A stretch of DNA of 34,747 nt from IMG/VR virus record IMGVR_UViG_3300034236_000077; one strand, 5' to 3'. A program made the position numbers and the translations under genes. Positions 8,759 through 15,903 of the stretch are shown here, one piece after another. The first letter of the stretch is position 1, and the number at the start of each line of letters is the position of its first letter. The notes under the pieces were generated by a model that ran no database searches, was not told where the DNA came from, and saw only the letters and a program-made list of their open reading frames with translations. Source of the DNA: a virus. Taxonomy: Duplodnaviria > Caudoviricetes.

Positions 8759-9256
8759 ATGGCCGACGCTGCCGACTGGCAGACCCTTAGACCACACCTG
8801 GTTGACTATGTGAAGGCTGCCCGGAGCTCGCGGGCAGTTGCCGATGAGATCGGGATATCCCACACTGGCCTGCGCGCGATCGTCGAGAACGACGGGCGCG
8901 TGCCGTTCCCGGGGACCCAACAGAAGGTCGCGACCTTCCTCCGGCGAAAAGGTTTCGAGGTGGAAGCGTTTCCGGAAGAAGGCGCATTGGATTCTGGAAC
9001 CGGTTCCAGCGCTGCCGAGGACCGCCCCGAAGCTGACGTTGAGGATGTACTGCGCTACTTTGCGGGCGAGAACCCTGAGATGTTCCGAATGCTGGAGGTC
9101 GTTATCGAGAACATCGCGGAGCCAGGGGAGCGGCGGTACGTGGCGTACACCGTGATCAAGAGCGTCAAGGAAACCCTCATTCACATGCGGCGGCCGATCC
9201 CGCCGCGGCTGTTCGAACTCGAGCGGCGGCTGGTCGGGCCTTCATCCCACGCGTGA
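8759..9256 (+). CDS. Putative prophage repressor (N-terminal HTH, no S24 autocleavage domain recognised)
   Basis: SSRAVADEIGISHTGLRAIVEN HTH; divergent from the Ner-like gene. Confidence 0.7.
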   Translation: MADAADWQTLRPHLVDYVKAARSSRAVADEIGISHTGLRAIVENDGRVPFPGTQQKVATFLRRKGFEVEAFPEEGALDSGTGSSAAEDRPEADVEDVLRYFAGENPEMFRMLEVVIENIAEPGERRYVAYTVIKSVKETLIHMRRPIPPRLFELERRLVGPSSHA

Positions 9257-9294
9257 CGGAACCACTTCCCCACATTTGTCGAGAGAGGAACTTT

Positions 9295-9624
9295 ATGTTC
9301 GAAGGTCTGATTCTGATGGCGGCGATCTACGTGGCGGTGCGCCTCTTCGACCGGGCAGCTGAGGTAGGGGAGGCTGAGGGTAGCGAGCTTCGGTCGCACG
9401 TTCTTGCCGTCGCTGCCGTGCTGTGCCTGGTGTGTGCGGGTTACGCTTTGGCGCACGTCCGCGATTTTGAGGGGATGTTGCTGCAGGCGACTGAGGGCAC
9501 CGCAAATCCGCCAGGTGCAAGCGCCGCGTTCGGGGGGGGGGGCGCGTTAGGGGGGGGAGGGCCGGGCGGGGGGCGCGCCGCCAAACTCGCACGACTTTCG
9601 CGACTTTCGCGACACACTAATTAA
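9295..9624 (+). CDS. Small two-TM membrane protein (moron-like); C-terminus encoded by poly-G tracts
   Basis: GAGAGGA SD before ATG 9295; hydrophobic segments LILMAAIYVAV and VLAVAAVLCLVCAGYALA. Confidence 0.55.
   Translation: MFEGLILMAAIYVAVRLFDRAAEVGEAEGSELRSHVLAVAAVLCLVCAGYALAHVRDFEGMLLQATEGTANPPGASAAFGGGGALGGGGPGGGRAAKLARLSRLSRHTN
9532..9573 (+). repeat. Homopolymeric G tracts (G11, G8, G3, G3, G6)
   Basis: GGGGGGGGGGG-CGCGTTA-GGGGGGGG-A-GGG-CC-GGG-C-GGGGGG. Confidence 0.9.
9592..9613 (+). repeat. Tandem 9-bp direct repeat (CGACTTTCG x2 plus CGAC)
   Basis: Read directly from the sequence. Confidence 0.85.
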
Positions 9625-9640
9625 GACGACCAAGTACACT

Positions 9641-9675
9641 GGAGCCTCGCACACCGCGAGGCTCCTTTTCTTTTT
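9641..9675 (+). terminator. Rho-independent terminator
   Basis: Perfect 10-bp stem GGAGCCTCGC / GCGAGGCTCC, 5-nt loop, followed by TTTTCTTTTT. Confidence 0.85.
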
Positions 9676-9706
9676 GTGCACCAGTTCCCACGTCCCCTTC
9701 CCAGAT

Positions 9707-10405
9707 ATGCTCACCATCGTGCTGGACCCGGGCCACGGGGGCGCACGCGCCGACGGCCGCCCGGGGATCGACCCCGGCGTAATCGTCGAGGGTGTCAAGG
9801 AGTCCGCGGTCGCGGTGGCCTACACGGCCGAGCTGACGCGCGCCCTCCTGCGCGCTGGCCACCAGGTCGTCACGACGCGGACAGGGGACAACGTCGCCCT
9901 CACGCTGAGCGATCGCGCAGGAATCGCGAACCGCTGCCCAGGGCGAGTGGTGTTCGCGTCTCTCCATTGCAACGCCGCGCCAGGCGCAGCAGCGCATGGC
10001 TTTCAGGTGTTCCACTGCCGCGGGTCCGACGCGGGGCAGCGGCTTGGAGAGACCATCACGGCGGCCGTCGTGCCCGCCGTCGCGCCCAGGACGGATCGCG
10101 TGGGAGTGTTTCCGGACCAGAGCATCCACTGCGGCTACACTCAGGCGGCGAACGAGTACGTCGCGAGCCTGCGGGAGGATCGGCGGCTGGACTGGAAGGC
10201 TGCAGACGGGAAGGTGCGCGAGCGCTTCGGGCCCCACCGCGGCTACCGCTCTCTCGCGGTGCTTCGGCAGACCACGATGCCGGCCGTGCTGATCGAGCTG
10301 GATTTCGTGACGAACCCGTCCGCGCGCGCGCGCCTCCTGGATGACGGCTACCGCCGGTCCGTGTGCGCGGCGATCGCGAGCGGCTTCACCACGTGGGCGA
10401 GCTGA
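9707..10405 (+). CDS. N-acetylmuramoyl-L-alanine amidase (Amidase_3) endolysin
   Basis: IVLDPGHGG, conserved E, SLHCNA, and LAVLR...PAVLIELDFVTN motifs. Confidence 0.9.
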   Translation: MLTIVLDPGHGGARADGRPGIDPGVIVEGVKESAVAVAYTAELTRALLRAGHQVVTTRTGDNVALTLSDRAGIANRCPGRVVFASLHCNAAPGAAAHGFQVFHCRGSDAGQRLGETITAAVVPAVAPRTDRVGVFPDQSIHCGYTQAANEYVASLREDRRLDWKAADGKVRERFGPHRGYRSLAVLRQTTMPAVLIELDFVTNPSARARLLDDGYRRSVCAAIASGFTTWAS

Positions 10406-10407
10406 CG

Positions 10408-10911
10408 ATGGCGAAGAAGACACCGGAGCTGGCGAAGCTGCGGCTCGACGATAACGCGCTCTTCGATCGGGCCGCCCGCTACGAACAGGCGAAGCGGATC
10501 CAAGGTCGCGTGGAGCGAATCGCGAAGGAGGTCCAGGGGCAGATCTGCGACGAGCTGCAGCTGCGCGGCGTGGGCAGCGTCGACGACGGACGCGAGACCA
10601 CCATCACCCTAGTCCAGACCGTCACCTACGACGCGGACGGACTCGCGGGCGAGGTGACACCGGCCGTGCGGCGGGACCTATTCGAAGAGAGCCACGACCT
10701 GAACGCCCTGCCGGAAGATGTGCGGGCAACGATCCTGGAAAGCCTCACGCCGGCGCAGCGCCGCGGCATCCGCAGCTTGGCCATCAAGAACGTGAAGGCG
10801 CTCCAGGAGGCGATCGGAAAACGGATCACCGTTGCGAAGGCGCGGAAGCACAGGAAGCTCGGCAGCCCGTACATCCGGATCAGCCACGGCGCCAAGCAGG
10901 CGAAGCGCTGA
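10408..10911 (+). CDS. Hypothetical protein (N-terminal coiled coil, basic C-terminus)
   Basis: 167 aa; ATG 3 nt after the amidase stop; high-GC codon usage. Confidence 0.65.
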   Translation: MAKKTPELAKLRLDDNALFDRAARYEQAKRIQGRVERIAKEVQGQICDELQLRGVGSVDDGRETTITLVQTVTYDADGLAGEVTPAVRRDLFEESHDLNALPEDVRATILESLTPAQRRGIRSLAIKNVKALQEAIGKRITVAKARKHRKLGSPYIRISHGAKQAKR

Positions 10912-11004
10912 AGCTGCTCGTTCGCCGCCCCCCGAGAGGGCGGGGGCGGCGGGCAGAAAAGTCGCGGCTCACCCCGGCCCCCCGCCGCCCGGCCAACCAA
11001 ACTT

Positions 11005-11424
11005 ATGATGAGGGTCCCGACGATGAAGGACGAGGAGCGGAGGGAATTCGTGCAGCGCCTGGCCGACTGCGAGGAGAACATCCGCAAGGTCGTGTCGGAC
11101 GTGATGGCCAAGAACTCCGGCGCGCGCGATCGCCGTGCGGCCATCAGCGACCGGGTAACCATCCTGTTCGCCTCCATCGAGGACGCCATCTACCACGACC
11201 TGACGGCCGCCGCGAGTCCGCCGGCGAGCAGGGACAAGCGGATCCGCGATCTCCACGAGAAGATGGACTCCGTGCTGTCCGTGCATGCGGAGCTCGACCG
11301 GGGCCGCCGGGAGATCTACCACGAGCTCGATGAGATCGAGGTGCGGGAGCAGCGCCTCCAGGCGGAGCACCTTCGCAGCGAATTCGACGCCGAGCTCGAC
11401 CGCCTGCCGGCCCCCCGCCGGTGA
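11005..11424 (+). CDS. Hypothetical coiled-coil protein
   Basis: 139 aa (alternative start 11023 with GAGGG SD); GTGA overlap with the next gene. Confidence 0.65.
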   Translation: MMRVPTMKDEERREFVQRLADCEENIRKVVSDVMAKNSGARDRRAAISDRVTILFASIEDAIYHDLTAAASPPASRDKRIRDLHEKMDSVLSVHAELDRGRREIYHELDEIEVREQRLQAEHLRSEFDAELDRLPAPRR

Positions 11425-11708
11425 TCCAGGCAGTGGACCCGCAGGAGCTGATGGGCTGGGAAGCAGTGCTGCAGAGCCCGGTTGCAGTGGCGCTGCTGCT
11501 CCTTGCCGGCCTGATCACCATCACCGGCCCTCTGCTCCTGGTGGTCCGGTCGCAGTATCTCGAGAACAAGGAGCTGAACCGGGAATTCCGGGAGCATCTG
11601 CGCGTCACTGCCGACTTCCACTCCGCGTTCGCGAACGCCCAGGCGATCCTCCACCTGCAGGAAATGAAAGATGCGCGGCCCGATGAAACTGCTCGCCCAC
11701 ATTCGTAA
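11421..11708 (+). CDS. Putative holin-like membrane protein
   Basis: Hydrophobic segment VAVALLLLAGLITITGPLLLVV followed by a charged helix; near endolysin, before TerS. Confidence 0.5.
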   Translation: MIQAVDPQELMGWEAVLQSPVAVALLLLAGLITITGPLLLVVRSQYLENKELNREFREHLRVTADFHSAFANAQAILHLQEMKDARPDETARPHS

Positions 11709-11850
11709 CGAGCTGCGCTGGTGGTCCATCGAGCGCGACGTCGATCGTGCCCTGGCCGCCAGCGTGCGCGCCGTGCTGAACCTTCGCACCAGGCAGATGC
11801 GTGAGGCGGTGCGGCAGGCGCACGCCCTCGGCATTCTGGCGCCGCGCTGA
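11683..11850 (+). CDS. Small hypothetical protein (55 aa; absent from the ORF track)
   Basis: MKLLAHIRNELRWWSIERDVDRALAASVRAVLNLRTRQMREAVRQAHALGILAPR; fills the gap up to TerS. Confidence 0.5.
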   Translation: MKLLAHIRNELRWWSIERDVDRALAASVRAVLNLRTRQMREAVRQAHALGILAPR

Positions 11851-11858
11851 AATGAGCA

Positions 11859-12296
11859 GTGGCGCACTCACCCGCGCTGCGCCTCCGCGCGCAGCAAATG
11901 ATCGTGGCCGGCTGGTCGCAGGCGCACGTCAGCCGCGAGCTGGAGATTCCCGCCGCGACCCTGAAGCGCTGGGTCAAGGCGGGCGGGTGGGCGCGGCTGC
12001 GCAGGCAGGCGGAGGAGCTGCAGCGCAATGCCGGCGAGCTCGTCCTCGGGATGATGCGCGCAGCCCGGGACAGCCACGATCCGCAGCAGGCGTATGCAGC
12101 GGCCACCGCCGCCAGGTTGAGCGGCCTGATGCGGCCGCCAGCGCTGGGTCCAACGCCGGCCGAGGTGGCAGAGGCGCTGCTCGACGTGCTGATCGCGGAT
12201 CCGGAGCTTGGGCCCGCGCTTCGGAGGCGCCGCGCGGAGGTGCTCACGGCGGTGTCGAAAAAAATCGCCGAGCTCCACGGGCCGGCGGGCTCATGA
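11859..12296 (+). CDS. Putative terminase small subunit (HTH; DUF1804-like)
   Basis: GWSQAHVSRELEIPAATLKRWVKAGGW; directly upstream of TerL. Confidence 0.65.
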   Translation: MAHSPALRLRAQQMIVAGWSQAHVSRELEIPAATLKRWVKAGGWARLRRQAEELQRNAGELVLGMMRAARDSHDPQQAYAAATAARLSGLMRPPALGPTPAEVAEALLDVLIADPELGPALRRRRAEVLTAVSKKIAELHGPAGS

Positions 12297-12395
12297 TAGC
12301 CGGGGAAACGTTGCGAAACGGGTTTCCCGGGCCCAACGCTGCCCCGCGGGTCAGGTTCGTCGCGTCGGGTCCCGGCACCGCATACAGGGGCCGCT

Positions 12396-14150
12396 GTGGC
12401 TGATCGCATTCTCGACCTCAGCTCACGGCTTGGCGCACGCATTCCGGAGCCCGAACCGGAGGTGCAGCAGCCCGACGCGGCCGCGGATGACGTCGAGGAG
12501 ATCCGGGCTGAGGCGCGCCGGTACCTGGGCCTGCAGCCGGATGCCCCGCTGGAGGCCATCCAGGCGCGCTTCGCCGAGTGCTACTGGGACCACTGGATCT
12601 TCTTCGGGGCTGAGTGGCGGCGGAACAAGCGCGGCGTCGAGAATCCGAACGCGGAGTTCCACCGCACGATCGCGGACCGGCTGCAGGCGCTGGTGCTGCG
12701 GCAGACCGAAGAGGACCAGGAGGCGTTCGCGTGCCCGCGCGAGCATGCGAAGACGGTCATCTTCGCGATGCACCTGATGATCTGGGCCGCCGCCAATCAG
12801 TTGGCCCGCTTTGGCATCTACATCTCCGACACCAGCGACCAGGCGCGCGGCGTCATCGCCGACATCCGGGCGGAGCTGGAGACGAATGAGCGGCTCGTCG
12901 CCATCTACCCCGCCCTGGTCGAGTTCCTGGAGAAGCCGCGGGTGAACTACCTGGTGCTAGGCACCGAGTGCGTGATTGCCGGCGCCGGGTCGATGAAGAA
13001 GATCCGCGGTGCGCGCTGGCGGCGCTTTCGGCCGGACCTGGTGGTAGGCGATGACCTGGAGAACGACCAGGAGGTTCTGAACCCCAAGCGTCGGAAGCGG
13101 AAGGCAAGCTGGTGGAGCAAAGTCCCGCGGAAGCTGGGCCGCGCCGCCGTGTTCGTGGTGCTGGGGACGATCCTCCACGCCGACAGCTTCCTGAAGAACC
13201 AGGTTGCCGGCGACGAGGACGTCTACCGCGCGATCGTCCGGTACCCGGACGAGCTGGAGGGGCTCTGGAAGCAATGGGAGGCGGTCTACCACGATCGCTC
13301 CCTGAAGAACCGCAAGGCCGCGGCTCGCGCCTTCTACGTCGCCAACCAGGCGGCGATGGACCGGGGTGCCGAGGTCCTGTGGCCGGAGATGTTCACGCTC
13401 TACGGCCTCATGGTAGAGCGGGCGGAGGATCTCGCGTCGTTCCTGTCCGAGCGGCAGAACGATCCGTTCGATCCGGCGGGCAGCTACTTCCCGGAGATCG
13501 AGTACCTGGATCAGCGTGAGCTGCCGGCCGACGACCAGGTGCTCCTCACGGTGCAGTTCTGGGATCCCAGCCGCGGCACCACGAAGAGCGACACGTCGGC
13601 GCTTCCCGAGATCGACTTCATGAAGGACGGGCGTCGCGTCGTGCGCTGGGCCATCGCCACGCAGATGCGTCCGGACGACGTGATGGACGCGAGCATCGCC
13701 CGGCACAAGCTGCGGCGGATCCATGCGACCGGCGTCGAGAAGGTCGCGCTCAGCTCCTACGACGAGCAGCTGGAGGCGCGGGCCCGGGCGGCGCAGGTGA
13801 CCATCAACCTGGTGCCGGTCACGCCGAAGGGAGACAAGTCGCTCCGCATCAAGTCGCGTCGCGGCGCAGTCGTGTCGAAGCAGCTGCTCTTCAACGATGC
13901 GCTGCCGGCGAGCGCCAAGGAGCAGATCTCCTACTACGGCCAGCACCCCAACGATGACCTGTGGGACGCGATCGACCAGGCGCTCACGCTCGGAGACAGC
14001 ATGATCCAGGACGTTGAGCCGGCGAGCGGTACCCGTGAACCCGAAGCGGAGGATGGCCGCCTCGATCACGAGGGACTGTTCGAGCGGCCCGGTATGCTGT
14101 CCCACCTGGCGGAGCGGATCGGGCGCCGGCTGAGCGGGGGCTGGTCGTGA
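12396..14150 (+). CDS. terL: Terminase large subunit
   Basis: Walker A PREHAKT; IRG.R...RPDLVVGDDLEND Walker B; GTILH; nuclease motifs WDPS...D and NDDLWDA. Confidence 0.92.
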   Translation: MADRILDLSSRLGARIPEPEPEVQQPDAAADDVEEIRAEARRYLGLQPDAPLEAIQARFAECYWDHWIFFGAEWRRNKRGVENPNAEFHRTIADRLQALVLRQTEEDQEAFACPREHAKTVIFAMHLMIWAAANQLARFGIYISDTSDQARGVIADIRAELETNERLVAIYPALVEFLEKPRVNYLVLGTECVIAGAGSMKKIRGARWRRFRPDLVVGDDLENDQEVLNPKRRKRKASWWSKVPRKLGRAAVFVVLGTILHADSFLKNQVAGDEDVYRAIVRYPDELEGLWKQWEAVYHDRSLKNRKAAARAFYVANQAAMDRGAEVLWPEMFTLYGLMVERAEDLASFLSERQNDPFDPAGSYFPEIEYLDQRELPADDQVLLTVQFWDPSRGTTKSDTSALPEIDFMKDGRRVVRWAIATQMRPDDVMDASIARHKLRRIHATGVEKVALSSYDEQLEARARAAQVTINLVPVTPKGDKSLRIKSRRGAVVSKQLLFNDALPASAKEQISYYGQHPNDDLWDAIDQALTLGDSMIQDVEPASGTREPEAEDGRLDHEGLFERPGMLSHLAERIGRRLSGGWS

Positions 14151-15625
14151 GCGGGTGGCGCGACCGCCTGGTCGAGCGGTTCTTCCCCGACGTCGTCGAG
14201 CGCCGGATCCAGGAGGCGCTCCCCGCCGCGAGCAGCACGGGCGAGAACGATGGGTTCCGGCGGCTCACCGATTCCCAGCGCGACCTGGCGCCGCTCACGC
14301 ACGACCGGCAGCGCGAGATTGCGGTCTACCTGTGGACCTACAATCCGCTCGCCAGGCGCATCATCAACGCGATGGTCGAGTGGGTGATCGGCGAGGGAAT
14401 CCAGATCCACGCCGACGATGAGCGCACCCGCGACTATCTGAACCGGCACTGGAATGATCGCCAGAATCGCTGGGACCTGCGGCTCGAAGACAAGGTCCGC
14501 GAGCTGTACTTGATGGGCGAGCAGTTCTGGCCGGCGTTCACCAACCCGCACGACGGGCAGATGCGGCTTGGGCTGCTCGACCCGGGCCGGGTGAGCCGGG
14601 TCATCCTGGATCCCGACAACGCGCTGCTGGCGATTGGGGTCGTGACGAAGGGGCGGGGGCCCGGAGACGAGCGCCGCTTCCGCACCGTGCTGCTCCCCCA
14701 GGAGGAAGAGATGCTGGGGCCCGCGGCGCTGGCGGAGCGGGAGGGGATGCAGCAGGGGGAGCTCTTTGCCTTCGCCGTGAACAAGCTCTCTAACCAGAGC
14801 CGCGGCATCAGCGAGCTCTTCGCCCTGGCCGACTGGCTCGACGGGTACGAGCAGCTGCTCTTCGCTCAGCTGAACCAGGAGCGGGCCCGGAGCAACTTCG
14901 TCTGGGACGTCGAGCTCACCGGCGCCACCGAGACGGACATCAAGAAGAAACTGGAGACGATCAAGCCGCCGAAGCCGTTCTCCACCCGGGTGCACAACGA
15001 GAAGGAGAAGTGGAAGCTCGTTGGCCCTGAGACGGGCACGGCCGCGAACAATTCGGAAGCCGCTCGCCTGTACCGCAATCACGTGCTCGGCGGCGCCGCA
15101 ATCCCCGAGCACTGGGTTGGGGGCGGTGGCGACGTGAACCGCGCCACCGCCGCGGAGATGGGCGCGCCCACGGAGAAGAGCTTCACGGCAAAGCAGCGCG
15201 TGATCCGCTACGTCCTGTCGGACGTGCTGGCCATGCAGATCGAGCGAGGGATCGCCGCTCGTGCGCTGCCGGACAACGATGAGACCCGGAAGTTCAGCCT
15301 GGTGATGCCCGACCTGAACACGCGCGACATCTCTCGCGTGTCGACGGGACTGCAGCAGGTGACCGCCGGGATGGTGCTGGCGCGCCAGCAGGGCTGGCTC
15401 TCCGACGATGTCGCCGCGCGCGTGCTCACCAGCATGCTCACGCACCTGGGCGTCGAGGCGGACGCCGAGGAGATGCTGGACAAGGGGAAGGAGCAGCTCA
15501 AGCAGACGCTCGTCGAGGAGGCGGCTCACCTGATGGGGCGTGAGCCCGCGGCGCGCCCGGGTGCCAGCTCCGAGGATGAGCATCGACCAAGGCCGGCGAT
15601 CGGGTTCCGTGGAGGGCGGCCCTGA
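14147..15625 (+). CDS. Portal protein
   Basis: 492 aa directly after TerL; NPLARRII, RG.SEL...D, IP.H..G....N.AT portal-like motifs. Confidence 0.85.
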   Translation: MSGWRDRLVERFFPDVVERRIQEALPAASSTGENDGFRRLTDSQRDLAPLTHDRQREIAVYLWTYNPLARRIINAMVEWVIGEGIQIHADDERTRDYLNRHWNDRQNRWDLRLEDKVRELYLMGEQFWPAFTNPHDGQMRLGLLDPGRVSRVILDPDNALLAIGVVTKGRGPGDERRFRTVLLPQEEEMLGPAALAEREGMQQGELFAFAVNKLSNQSRGISELFALADWLDGYEQLLFAQLNQERARSNFVWDVELTGATETDIKKKLETIKPPKPFSTRVHNEKEKWKLVGPETGTAANNSEAARLYRNHVLGGAAIPEHWVGGGGDVNRATAAEMGAPTEKSFTAKQRVIRYVLSDVLAMQIERGIAARALPDNDETRKFSLVMPDLNTRDISRVSTGLQQVTAGMVLARQQGWLSDDVAARVLTSMLTHLGVEADAEEMLDKGKEQLKQTLVEEAAHLMGREPAARPGASSEDEHRPRPAIGFRGGRP

Positions 15626-15903
15626 TGCAAGCGCTCATCGACTTCATCATCCGTAACCTCATGGCATTCTGGCCCCTGGCCAGAGTGAACGCGTGGGAGA
15701 TCGGTCTGCGGGTGCGCCTGGGGCACGTGCGGGAGGAACTCCGCACTGGCATTCACTGGAGGTGGCCGTTCCTGGATGAGGTTCGCATCCGGGCCGCTAC
15801 CGCGGGCTGGGGGATCAAGGTGACCCGGCTTCATCTCACCGACCTGGTGGAGGCACGGCAGTACCGGTTTCACCACGGAGACTCTCCGCGAGCGTTCACG
15901 TGA
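15625..15903 (+). CDS. Mini SPFH/Band-7-like protein with internal deletion (possibly a relic)
   Basis: SPFH N-terminal motif V..WEIGLRVRLG....L.TGIHWRWPFLDEV joined directly to the SPFH C-terminal strand WGIKVTRLHLTDL. Confidence 0.6.
   Translation: MQALIDFIIRNLMAFWPLARVNAWEIGLRVRLGHVREELRTGIHWRWPFLDEVRIRAATAGWGIKVTRLHLTDLVEARQYRFHHGDSPRAFT

Noticed and set aside
9585-9620. CRISPR array or prophage end
   Set aside because: Only about 2.4 copies of a 9-mer with no spacers; phage genes lie on both sides, so it is not a terminus
12303-12309. GGGAAAC as a second frameshift site
   Set aside because: Lies after the TerS stop in intergenic DNA, so it is not in a supported translated frame
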